This document shows, one piece after another, positions 39,675 to 48,572 of a stretch of 57,376 nt of DNA. Location: the IMG/VR virus record IMGVR_UViG_3300034407_002847, positions 1-57,376 of that record; one strand, 5' to 3'. Numbering within the stretch: the stretch's first letter is position 1; the number at the start of each line of letters is the position of its first letter. The position numbers were made by a program, and so were the translations under genes. Under the pieces are notes generated by a model. It saw nothing but the letters and a program-made list of their open reading frames with translations, was not told the DNA's origin and made no database searches. Origin of the DNA: a virus. Its lineage: Duplodnaviria > Caudoviricetes.

Positions 39675-39747
39675 GGGTCTATAGCTCAACGGTTAGAGCA
39701 GCGAACTCATAATTCGTTGGCTGTAGGTTCGAATCCTACTAGACCCA
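39675..39747 (+). tRNA. tRNA-CAT, probably Ile2 (Met not excluded)
   Basis: GGGTCTA/TAGACCC acceptor, GCGAA-CTCATAA-TTCGT anticodon arm; lacks initiator GGG/CCC stem. Confidence 0.9.
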
Positions 39748-39879
39748 ATCCTTCCTCCCGGTTACCCGCAAGCTCCCCGTTTGCATCATGGGTGACCGGG
39801 TTTTTTTGTGCCCTGATTTGTCTTACCGCATCCCTGCGGATACGCGACTTGTTTAACTGCCAGCGGAAAATGGGCAAAA

Positions 39880-39953
39880 TAGGGATGGTGGGACTTGAAC
39901 CCACGACCACCGCTTTATAAGAACGACACTCTTACCAACTGAGTTACATCCCT
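39880..39953 (-). tRNA. tRNA-Ile(TAT)
   Basis: AGGGATG/CATCCCT acceptor, TCGTT-CTTATAA-AGCGG anticodon arm, GTGGG-TTCAAGT-CCCAC T-arm. Confidence 0.88.
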
Positions 39954-40157
39954 GTGGACTGCCTGAACCCATCGGATCGCAATTTGTTCAACAGTCAGCG
40001 ACATTATAGCATTTACTTGTTTACGTGTCAAGCCCAATCCGTCACAATCGCAAATTGTTTAATAGTCAGCGATAGAGTAGTATATTATTTCAGACTAAAT
40101 TGGAAAAGTTGATATTTTGTGGTTGGAGAAAGGGCTTCTCGTGGCTACTATAGATAT

Positions 40158-40280
40158 AGCTTATACAAATATTTATTCTGAGCGACTAGCGAAGGATAAA
40201 CTTGTGTTTAAGTGAACCCCAAAGGTGAACGGTATCTCGACCGAAGGGAGTTATCGAACGGAGTGAGATCTATAAAGCTT
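40158..40280 (+). other. Cluster of four tandem-G.A-mismatch hairpins
   Basis: ct-GA-gc-GACTA-gc-GA-ag; gt-GA-acc-CCAAA-ggt-GA-ac; c-GA-cc-GAA-gg-GA-g; atc-GA-ac-GGA-gt-GA-gat. Confidence 0.55.
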
Positions 40281-40428
40281 CAGGGGAGGGTCTATCAAAA
40301 ATTGATCTATTGTTTTATATTGATACAGTGTGCAGCAAGACCAGACAGTCAATCGCAATATTTTATATTAAAAGGGAAGGGGTTAGTGTATAATATTGTA
40401 TGACTTTAACCTTATAAGGAGTTATACA

Positions 40429-40905
40429 ATGAATGTATTCAAAAACAGTATTAAAAAATCTGCTAAATCCTTTATTATTTGGGGTTTAGGATGTGCTTTT
40501 GGGTTGCTTGCGTCACCGATGTCGTATAACATATACAGCTCATTAGTTGCAACGCCCGGTAACGTTGTAGCACTGAACACTGACACTATTAATAAAATAG
40601 CAACAGCATGTGACCTATTACATCGTAATTCTGATATGATGGGCAGGTATAGTCATTACCTTTCACCTCACCCGATAGATGCAGAAATTCCATTTTGTAT
40701 GGAGTGTTCTGGTGCAGAATTTAAAGAAGAGGATCTTGACTTAGGAAAACCTACAGACGACTTCTATGTAAGACTTTCCCAAGTTTACGATGACTCGCGA
40801 GAAATTAATAGATCCTTGGGCAGTATGATTAATGCTTTAGCTGTACAAAATGAAACCCTAAATAATGCCTTACGAAGATTGAGAGATCAGTCTTACCCTA
40901 AGTAA
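40429..40905 (+). CDS. Membrane-anchored hypothetical protein
   Basis: AGGAG RBS, N-terminal TM, coiled coil. Confidence 0.7.
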   Translation: MNVFKNSIKKSAKSFIIWGLGCAFGLLASPMSYNIYSSLVATPGNVVALNTDTINKIATACDLLHRNSDMMGRYSHYLSPHPIDAEIPFCMECSGAEFKEEDLDLGKPTDDFYVRLSQVYDDSREINRSLGSMINALAVQNETLNNALRRLRDQSYPK

Positions 40906-40952
40906 ACCAATCGCACCATATGTAATAGTCAGCGACAAAGGAGTCAGTTGTT

Positions 40953-41279
40953 GTGAAGAAGTTTTTATTTATAATGATGTGTTTGTTGCCCTTGAATGTC
41001 ATGGGTGATGACGCTAAACCTGAACCTTTAACGGCTCAACAAGTTGCTCAAGTTCGTGCCGACTATATGGCAAAGTATAACTATCGAGGCCATCCCCCTT
41101 TCAATATTCCTAATAACCGTTTATGGCGAGTTTCTAGGTTTGAGGGTGCCGGATGGTCTAGAGCAAATGCAAACCCCAAAAGGATAGGCACTTGCATTCC
41201 TCGTTATAGAATGACGCTTGTAGCTGATGCTTGGGCCAAAAGTAAATACGGTACATATCGTATTAGATTGTGGAGATAA
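40953..41279 (+). CDS. Secreted hypothetical protein
   Basis: Signal peptide; FEG.G.S, TC.P, A....G.Y..R.W. Confidence 0.65.
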   Translation: MKKFLFIMMCLLPLNVMGDDAKPEPLTAQQVAQVRADYMAKYNYRGHPPFNIPNNRLWRVSRFEGAGWSRANANPKRIGTCIPRYRMTLVADAWAKSKYGTYRIRLWR

Positions 41280-41467
41280 ATGAACCTAACCGCCGTTTTC
41301 CTCGTGATGATCTCGCCTGTATTCCTTCCCTCCTCCGGTTTAATAGCTTAAAAACTCCAAAAACACTGGGTTTATCTAAAAAGGTCTACTTTTCTACCTA
41401 GTGAAAACACTTTTTAACGCTATAAAAATCCAAATAACCTATTTTTAGTCAAAAAACGACTCCATTT

Positions 41468-41539
41468 TTGGTATATATCAGAATTCAGTGGATTATTGTA
41501 ACTAGATTACGATTCAACATCTCATTCTGTTTATACCAA
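41468..41539 (+). ncRNA. Dual-guide stem-loop unit 3 (segments GTGGATT / ACATCTC)
   Basis: CAGAAT-TCA-GTGGATT-ATTGTAA-CTAGA-TTACGAT-TCA-ACATCTC-ATTCTG inside a TTGGTATA/TATACCAA outer stem. Confidence 0.75.
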
Positions 41540-41908
41540 CTATGGGGCTGTTTCACCACTATGCTATTCACATAACCAGCAAAAATATTGACTTTTTGAT
41601 GCTTTGGGCGTGATCCCCATGTGTGAAAATTTTTATTGCCTGTACCCCACCCTAAATTCTCACATTTGAGAAAACTCTACATATTTCGGTTACTTGTATT
41701 GCCTTATACTTATAGTAGTATTAGTATTGTGTATAGAGTAATAAATTGATTGATGAAGTTGCATTTTCGTAGATGTTGGACTTTTGAGAAAATCAAGCAC
41801 GTTTAAGTTGTTATAAGTGTAATCTCTCTCTATATTGTGTATCTTAAGTTCATAGTAAAAGAGAGAAAACTGCACAAAAAAACCTTTCTAGAGAAAAACT
41901 GAGATGAA

Positions 41909-42424
41909 ATGATAAATAAAAGAATAACTTTAAATGATATCGAACAAGACACCTGCCGTAATATTGCCACTCAAAGATTTAACAACAATAGAAAAGAATG
42001 TGTTAATAACGCAAAAATAGGCAAACAGTCTAATAACTTCACCGACCTTGAGGGAATAGGATCAGAATTTGCGTTTTGTAAACTGTTTAATGTTTTTCCA
42101 GATCTTTCTATCGAGATAAGATCTTCTCAAAAAGAAGAGGACAATGGAGACGCTATTCTTCACAACGGAGCTAAGGTTGATGTCAAGTCAACTAAATATA
42201 AAAATGGGAAATTATTAGCTGTTCCGTGGAAAAAGCCAGATGTTGAATTTTTTGCCTTAATGATTGGTCAGTTTCCATCATATGTCTTTAAGGGATTTAT
42301 GAAACAAGAAGAATTATGTCAACCAAATAGACTTGGCTCACTGGGATATGGTGAAACATATATTGCTCAACAACAAGAACTAAAAGAACTTGAAGATTTA
42401 CTTCCTGTAGGAGTTGACAAATGA
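41909..42424 (+). CDS. PD-(D/E)xK nuclease-like protein
   Basis: G..SE.AF, D.GD, VDVKST. Confidence 0.6.
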   Translation: MINKRITLNDIEQDTCRNIATQRFNNNRKECVNNAKIGKQSNNFTDLEGIGSEFAFCKLFNVFPDLSIEIRSSQKEEDNGDAILHNGAKVDVKSTKYKNGKLLAVPWKKPDVEFFALMIGQFPSYVFKGFMKQEELCQPNRLGSLGYGETYIAQQQELKELEDLLPVGVDK

Positions 42425-42795
42425 AACTTATATCTGTTCCACCTGAAACATACTTTATGTCATCAGAGCCTTCACCATTTCACGGCAATGATAATTGTTT
42501 AAGTATTGACTATCATCGTGCAGCTATACAAGTTTGGGATAAGCTAAACGATCTTGGTTATACTCCGGCATGTATTATTAACTGTGATATATTTATCCGG
42601 CTTTCTGATTTTAAGGATTTAATGATAGACCTTGGTGGTGAATGCTCAATAATGGAGCGTCAAGGTTATCGCTATTCGTGTACATGGATGGACTGTAATG
42701 ATAACAATCTACCTATAAAGGTTATGTACAGAGAACGCATTGACCAAGAAAGTGGAGATTGGGAATCGATTAATAACTGGAAACCTTTACGTTAA
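42421..42795 (+). CDS. Hypothetical protein
   Basis: ATGA-coupled, GGAG RBS. Confidence 0.65.
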   Translation: MKLISVPPETYFMSSEPSPFHGNDNCLSIDYHRAAIQVWDKLNDLGYTPACIINCDIFIRLSDFKDLMIDLGGECSIMERQGYRYSCTWMDCNDNNLPIKVMYRERIDQESGDWESINNWKPLR

Positions 42796-42809
42796 GAGGA
42801 GTTATATAA

Positions 42810-42992
42810 ATGGGTAAAATTACTAAAATAGCCATGTGTTTAATGTTCGTTGCTCTTTCTGTTTTATTTACCATCGCTGTTATTGAGAATGGTAAAAAGA
42901 GCAGGATTGAAGATCTTAAAGAGATGGGGTTTGAAGACAACCTTATTCTTGCTATTGACAACTATCACACCTACCAAGATTTAGGAGATTAA
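42810..42992 (+). CDS. Small membrane protein
   Basis: One TM helix, GAGGAG RBS. Confidence 0.6.
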   Translation: MGKITKIAMCLMFVALSVLFTIAVIENGKKSRIEDLKEMGFEDNLILAIDNYHTYQDLGD

Positions 42993-43092
42993 AATGATTA
43001 GCGGTTTACTTTCTTTGTTGACAAAAAGCTTGACTTTTCTAAGGATATGTTTTGCTTCACACATACCAGAAGATTTTTAGGGGAGGTTAGCT

Positions 43093-43458
43093 ATGGACGA
43101 TAAACAAGTTTGGAAACCTTGGGGTCACTACATTGATATTCATCGACCAGATGATAAAAATATTGTTTTAAAACAAATTGTTGTTGATCCAGACGGTCAG
43201 TTGTCTAATCAGTATCATAAAAATCGTACAGAGTTTTGGTATATTGTAAGTGGTGAAGGCGTTATCACTGTAGAAAATTTTGACTTATATGTTACTGATG
43301 GTGATCACCTAACAATCAAGCCTATGGAAAAACATATGGTTAAGAATATTGGTGTAGAACCTCTGGTTATTTACGAAACACAAGTTGGTCAGTGTGAGGA
43401 AGATGATATAATTCGATTGTCCGATAAATATGGAAGGGGATATATAACAGATGAGTAA
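43093..43458 (+). CDS. Mannose-6-phosphate isomerase type II C-terminal cupin
   Basis: KPWG.Y, K.I.V.P...LS.QYH..R.E.W.IV.G, E.Q.G...EDDI.R..D.YGR. Confidence 0.88.
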   Translation: MDDKQVWKPWGHYIDIHRPDDKNIVLKQIVVDPDGQLSNQYHKNRTEFWYIVSGEGVITVENFDLYVTDGDHLTIKPMEKHMVKNIGVEPLVIYETQVGQCEEDDIIRLSDKYGRGYITDE

Positions 43459-43675
43459 TTACCGCGAAACAGCATTAGATTCTTTATACCATCAAGCAGT
43501 CACCGATAAGGTCAAGGCTGAAGCAAGTTTACAAATTTTACTTGATCATCCTGCTGGCATTGGTGATCATAGTACAGAGGATTTACACAATAATTTAAAC
43601 CAAGCATTGTCTAGTTTAGCTGATGCTGAAGATAGATTAGAATCTCTTGAAAAATTTAGATCTAAAAACACATAG
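43451..43675 (+). CDS. Conserved phage hypothetical protein
   Basis: PAGIGDHS motif in a helical hairpin. Confidence 0.75.
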   Translation: MSNYRETALDSLYHQAVTDKVKAEASLQILLDHPAGIGDHSTEDLHNNLNQALSSLADAEDRLESLEKFRSKNT

Positions 43676-43719
43676 AGCTAAGGTAAATTGGATTTACCTA
43701 CTAGTATTACGGAGATAGA

Positions 43720-43977
43720 ATGTATTGTATAGGTAATTGTTATTGCTGGGCATTAATAATGAAATGCTTTTACGGAGGAGAAGTATTCACCATGGGTTCA
43801 GAAGTTGGCGAGAAGGGTCGCGAAGTTGAACACTACATGCTGAAAGACAGGAATGGTAGAGTGAGACATTTCAAAAGAGTTTTCGATTTTCTTCCTGAAC
43901 CCTTGTGTTACTTCTGTTTCATTGGTAAGATCGAAAGATCTGGTAAAAAGGTTGAGTCAAGCTATCGTAGGAGTTGA
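43720..43977 (+). CDS. Hypothetical protein
   Basis: GGAG RBS. Confidence 0.6.
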   Translation: MYCIGNCYCWALIMKCFYGGEVFTMGSEVGEKGREVEHYMLKDRNGRVRHFKRVFDFLPEPLCYFCFIGKIERSGKKVESSYRRS

Positions 43978-44112
43978 AGATGACTGATGACAAAGTCCGA
44001 GGACTAATTGAATTGATTGATTGGTTTCATGGAAATCAACTAAAGGACAGAGAAGATTCTCATATCCAATTAGAAGTTGATGTTATCAAATCATACCTCA
44101 AGGAGTTGACAA

Positions 44113-44334
44113 ATGAGTAAGACAATCAATTACGATTTCGAAGTCATGAGTATGGTTTCTGTTAAGGCTCCGTATGGAACGAATCCTGAAACATTGCATG
44201 AAGAAGCCATGATTAAGCTTATGGAAAGAGTAAGAGAGAATGACATAGAACTCTATTGCGAGACTATGTTTGATAGTGAAACAGGATCTTACGAAGAGGT
44301 TCCTGAAGAATGGTATGATGGAGATGACAAATGA
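44113..44334 (+). CDS. Hypothetical protein
   Basis: Starts and ends in junction motif. Confidence 0.65.
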   Translation: MSKTINYDFEVMSMVSVKAPYGTNPETLHEEAMIKLMERVRENDIELYCETMFDSETGSYEEVPEEWYDGDDK

Positions 44335-44651
44335 GTAAAGTTGCTTACGGTAGAAAGCCTTTAGGTTGGTTTGTTCGTCGAACTGACAATGGCATGTTGA
44401 AATGTACCGATGGTCAGTGGCGGCACAATGCTGGTGCTATTGAGAACATTAAGATTTGGAAGCACTCTACAAACGCATTGAAGTATGGTGAACGTGGAGT
44501 ACCAGATCAGGGTGAATTAGGTGGAGTTTCTTTCGCGAAAGTTACAGCATATGCTGTATATGAGGACCAACCTATGAATTGTTATGGTAATTTTGATATG
44601 TCATTTTGGGGTGCAGAACACTTTACAACAGAGGAATTGACAAATGACTGA
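44331..44651 (+). CDS. Hypothetical protein
   Basis: Starts and ends in junction motif. Confidence 0.65.
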   Translation: MSKVAYGRKPLGWFVRRTDNGMLKCTDGQWRHNAGAIENIKIWKHSTNALKYGERGVPDQGELGGVSFAKVTAYAVYEDQPMNCYGNFDMSFWGAEHFTTEELTND

Positions 44652-44818
44652 TAGTGAATTTAAAACACAGGTAGTTCTTAACTTAAGAAGCATTGATCGA
44701 TGTATGATATTGCTTGTCGCTATTGCGGGTTCAGCGTGGTTGTTCTGGCTCCTTGGACTTGACAAATGAGTTCTGACGAACATAATAAAGCAATCAATGA
44801 ACTTAACTGAAGGTTACC

Positions 44819-45796
44819 ATGTATAACTTATGTTGTATTAGCAACGAACTAAAAGACCAAGGCTACAAGTTTCAAACCATGACTTGGAAGCGTTACAATC
44901 AATTAGTAGATTCAGAGGGTCAGCAGTTTGCTTTAAACGAGTTGGGCAGTCGCTGGCTCAACAATGTAATCGTTACTCGTTTGTGTATAGAACACTGTCA
45001 CAGAGAAGGTTGGGGATACCGTGTATCTTCTTCGTTGTTCCCTGTTCTGACTCATCCAGATTTTGAGTACACTATAAAAGATGTGCCGCAGTACGAGCAG
45101 ATCATGGAGGAATTTCGTAACATTGTGTGTTGCAACGAGACTTGGAACGTGCGTTTGTCTACGCATCCTGACCAGTTCAACGTGCTTGCCAGCGAAAACC
45201 AGTCAGCAGTAGACAAGACTATCGCAGAACTTAACCATCATGGTTGGGTTATGGACAAGCTAGGTTGCGAACGTAGTTACCAAAATCCTATCAACATTCA
45301 TGTCAATAATACCAAGGGCGATCTTGACGACATCGCTGCTCGCTTTATGTCTAACCTAAACAAGACTGATCAGAGCGTACAGTCTCGTCTAGTGATTGAG
45401 AACGAGGATAAAGGTTGTTGGAATGTAGATAATCTTCTCCTTCACTTTTTTGACAATTACGGCATTCCAATTACTTATGACAATTTACATGACAAATGTA
45501 ATAATTCTGTTGTAGGTAATATGTCAGACTGTGCTGACACTTGGCCTTGTAAACCACTGTTTCACTACAGCGAGTCAGCACTAGGCTCGACCAATCCACG
45601 CAAGCACGCGGATATGCCTACAGATTGTCCTGTTGAGATTTTATACGATTGGGATATTGAACTCAAATCTAAAGATGCAGCGGTTCGTGCTTGTATTGAG
45701 TTGCAACCACTCAAGATTGGTGAAACACTTGCCGAGCCTTTGCGACATGGACTAAACATTAAAGATTGTTTTATCTATGAAGGAGTTGACAAATGA
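44819..45796 (+). CDS. uvsE: UV damage endonuclease
   Basis: LCCIS, YRVSS.LFP, RLSTHPDQF.VLAS, NIHV, RLVIENEDK, YD.LH..CN, HYSES, HAD, IE.K.KD.A. Confidence 0.92.
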   Translation: MYNLCCISNELKDQGYKFQTMTWKRYNQLVDSEGQQFALNELGSRWLNNVIVTRLCIEHCHREGWGYRVSSSLFPVLTHPDFEYTIKDVPQYEQIMEEFRNIVCCNETWNVRLSTHPDQFNVLASENQSAVDKTIAELNHHGWVMDKLGCERSYQNPINIHVNNTKGDLDDIAARFMSNLNKTDQSVQSRLVIENEDKGCWNVDNLLLHFFDNYGIPITYDNLHDKCNNSVVGNMSDCADTWPCKPLFHYSESALGSTNPRKHADMPTDCPVEILYDWDIELKSKDAAVRACIELQPLKIGETLAEPLRHGLNIKDCFIYEGVDK

Positions 45797-46029
45797 AAGA
45801 TGGTAAAGATTTAATTAGTGCAATGCAAAAACAGTTTGGCCGAAAGTTTTGGTCTACTGATCATTTAATTAAATTTCTGCATGAAAAAGAAATAGGCAGG
45901 ACTATCATCACAACTGACCCTAAAGAAAATGAACAATGCATTGAACTAAACGGAAGATTTTCTATTGCAGAGTTAGATGCTCTAGTTATGGCACAAGCCA
46001 ATGAAAGTAAAGGGGAGTCAAAATGTTAA
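45793..46029 (+). CDS. Hypothetical protein
   Basis: ATGA-coupled. Confidence 0.6.
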   Translation: MKDGKDLISAMQKQFGRKFWSTDHLIKFLHEKEIGRTIITTDPKENEQCIELNGRFSIAELDALVMAQANESKGESKC

Positions 46030-46232
46030 CTTGGTACACAACAACAGAGTGGATTGCTCTACAGTTTAATGGGAAACACTTAGAAGAATTAAATGAAAAT
46101 GAAACGAATATAGCAAAAAGACTAATGGATGAAGGTTATTTAGTTTCTCATCAAATTAGTGTAGGTGATGGTTCGCAGAAAGTTAGCGTTACTAAGCTAT
46201 GCTATACTCATAGACCAGAAGTTAGTGATTAA
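46023..46232 (+). CDS. Hypothetical protein
   Basis: EL.E.E.NI...L...GY motif, similar to 51852..52046. Confidence 0.55.
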   Translation: MLTWYTTTEWIALQFNGKHLEELNENETNIAKRLMDEGYLVSHQISVGDGSQKVSVTKLCYTHRPEVSD

Positions 46233-46251
46233 TAACCTTGGAGATGAAGTT

Positions 46252-46830
46252 ATGATAACTAAAAATGAGTTGCGTCGAACTGCTCATGATAACCGCAATA
46301 AACAAGAAAACAAAGACGAACTAAGTGAATGGATTGTAGGGGCGTTCATGTCCTTGCCTGAATATACTGCTGCATCAACTGTTATGTTTTATATTGATGT
46401 CAGGAGTGAGGTCAGGACTCGCCATGTTTTACCAGAGTCACTTAACTCTGGCAAGAAGATAGTAGTGCCTTGGTGTAATCATGATGGAGAGTTAGAGCTT
46501 TTCCATCTTCAAAGTATGCATGAATTAGAAACTGGTATGTATGGTATTCTAGAACCTTCTCAAGAATTCCGTCTTCTTCCACGGAAGCAGGTTCAATTAA
46601 AAGAATTAGATCTCATAATGGTTCCGGGCGTAGGGTTTGATTCTCGTGGTGCAAGAATGGGTCATGGTAAAGGATACTATGATAAGTTGCTGGAAAATGC
46701 TCGACCTGACACATCATTGGTGGCATTAGCATTTGAATGTCAAATGTTTCAAGAGATTCCAGTAGCACCTCATGATGTATTTATGGATAAGATCATCACA
46801 GAGAAAAAATGCTATGACAACATTGCATAG
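46252..46830 (+). CDS. 5-formyltetrahydrofolate cyclo-ligase
   Basis: K.ELR, SEV.T, YGILEP, DLI.VPGVGFD..G.R.G.GKGYYD, HD..MD.IITE. Confidence 0.92.
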   Translation: MITKNELRRTAHDNRNKQENKDELSEWIVGAFMSLPEYTAASTVMFYIDVRSEVRTRHVLPESLNSGKKIVVPWCNHDGELELFHLQSMHELETGMYGILEPSQEFRLLPRKQVQLKELDLIMVPGVGFDSRGARMGHGKGYYDKLLENARPDTSLVALAFECQMFQEIPVAPHDVFMDKIITEKKCYDNIA

Positions 46831-46976
46831 TTATATTGATAGAATTAAGTTTTTAATAGTTACAAATTTTGATGAAACAAAAGATACAATAGTGCTAATC
46901 CTTGTTTCACTTTGCATTGTTGCCTTGATAAATATATTCTTTTTTGCTAAATACGATGATGAATAAGGAGTTGACA

Positions 46977-47177
46977 ATGTGGCTTGATCATATTGAATAT
47001 GGAGAAGTTTGTGACGCATTAGCTCGCGATCTGAATGAAGGCTTCTGTATTAATCCAAAGTGTGGCGACCAGACTCTCGGTGTAGAGCCAGACGCTTTTG
47101 AGAATAAATGTTTAGTTTGTGGCGAATTTACCCTTTGTGGAGCAGAAATTGTTTTATCGATGTTGGAGGGTAAATAA
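46977..47177 (+). CDS. Small Zn-ribbon protein
   Basis: GFC...CG, VEPDA....C..CG. Confidence 0.65.
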   Translation: MWLDHIEYGEVCDALARDLNEGFCINPKCGDQTLGVEPDAFENKCLVCGEFTLCGAEIVLSMLEGK

Positions 47178-47182
47178 TAACT

Positions 47183-47536
47183 TTGAAAAAGTCGATGCTT
47201 GCATATGGGGTCAGCACTCTTGATCCTAAAATTAAAATAACAGACATAACTACTACTAAAAATAATATTAAAACAAATGTAGACAAGAAGGTTGTAGCTA
47301 GACTTCAAGAACTTAAAGATGAGTTTAATAAATTGTCTGAATTATTTGATGTAAATAAAAAAGTTTTAGAGGCTGAGTTTAGGTTCAAACCTATAATTGG
47401 TGAAACATATCATTTGTATCAAAATAAAAAAGGCATAGACTTCTTGTCTATGATCGCTCCAGATGAGTGGAATGAAAAATTTATATTTTCCGTAAGATTT
47501 AACAGTGATTTAATTTGGGAGCTGGTGAATGATTGA
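47183..47536 (+). CDS. DUF2452-like protein
   Basis: F.P.IG.TYHLY, FLS.I.P.EW, W end motif. Confidence 0.7.
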   Translation: MKKSMLAYGVSTLDPKIKITDITTTKNNIKTNVDKKVVARLQELKDEFNKLSELFDVNKKVLEAEFRFKPIIGETYHLYQNKKGIDFLSMIAPDEWNEKFIFSVRFNSDLIWELVND

Positions 47537-48461
47537 ACTTTGGGCGATTGTTGGAGTTATCTTTGCTGCATGTTCTGTTATTGGCAATGATGCGGTACAG
47601 ACATTAGGAACTTTTATAGCTTCTAATAAAAAGATTAGTTGGTGGACACAGTGGTTGTTTGCTTCTGTTATTTTAGTAGCTACGGTATCTTATGGTTGGT
47701 ATGTTAATGATGGCGATATTTCTTTTGGCAGGTTGGCAAAAATACCTCATATAGAGATTCAATGGTATCACGCTTTAGCCCCAGCAGTATTGTTGGTGCT
47801 AACAAGATTAGGCATTCCAGTATCTACAACCTTCTTGGTATTATCATCATTTGCCAGCACAATTGTGTTTCAAAAGATGTTGATTAAAAGTGCGTTGGGT
47901 TATGCTATTGCTGCCGTAATAGCTTACACGGTATGGATTGTAGTCTCTCGATTTTTAAACGAGAAGAACAAGGTTAACCCTAAACATGAGAGAGTTTGGC
48001 GTATTGGTCAATGGGGAACGACAGGATTTCTATGGTATACATGGCTGAGTCATGACTTAGCTAATATCGCAGTGTTTCTACCAAGATCTCTACCTTTGGG
48101 TATGCTGTTTGATATGTTGGTATTGTTAGTATTGATTTTAGCCTTGATCTTTTGGGAACGAGGTGGTAAGATACAGCAGATCGTTATTGAGAAAACATCT
48201 ACAGAATATGTAAGATCAGCAACCATTATCGATGGTGTTTATGCTATCATTCTGCTATACTTTAAACAGATGAATAGTATTCCAATGAGTACAACGTGGG
48301 TGTTTGTGGGATTGCTATGCGGTAGAGAATTAGCGATTGCTACAACTCTTGACAAGAAAATCAAAAGAGTCTGGCCTATTGTTATGAAGGACTTCTTCAA
48401 GATTATGTTAGGCTTGGCGGTTTCTGTTGTTATTGTATTATGTATTCATAGCATTAGGTAG
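47529..48461 (+). CDS. PiT/PHO4-like inorganic phosphate transporter
   Basis: Multi-TM; GND..Q and HD.AN motifs, GIPVSTT and IPMSTT repeats. Confidence 0.7.
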   Translation: MIELWAIVGVIFAACSVIGNDAVQTLGTFIASNKKISWWTQWLFASVILVATVSYGWYVNDGDISFGRLAKIPHIEIQWYHALAPAVLLVLTRLGIPVSTTFLVLSSFASTIVFQKMLIKSALGYAIAAVIAYTVWIVVSRFLNEKNKVNPKHERVWRIGQWGTTGFLWYTWLSHDLANIAVFLPRSLPLGMLFDMLVLLVLILALIFWERGGKIQQIVIEKTSTEYVRSATIIDGVYAIILLYFKQMNSIPMSTTWVFVGLLCGRELAIATTLDKKIKRVWPIVMKDFFKIMLGLAVSVVIVLCIHSIR

Positions 48462-48572
48462 CCAAGAAACTAACATAAATGAATATCAGTAAAATTCAGC
48501 GTCATGATTTATTGATTATAATAATTGATTTAATCGTGATCTTTCTAACCCTTTATATTCCAACCTTTCTCT

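Larger units (their letters stand above)
42410..46979 (+). repeat. Dispersed GGAGTTGACAAATG(A) gene-junction motif (about 8 copies)
   Basis: Exact at 42410, 44102, 45782; variants at 43970, 44320, 44633, 44755, 46967. Confidence 0.75.

Noticed and set aside
48481-48560. Stem-internal loop-stem structure resembling a guide unit
   Set aside because: Lacks the paired TCA-N5-TY strands and CTAGA loop; AT-rich pairing could be chance.
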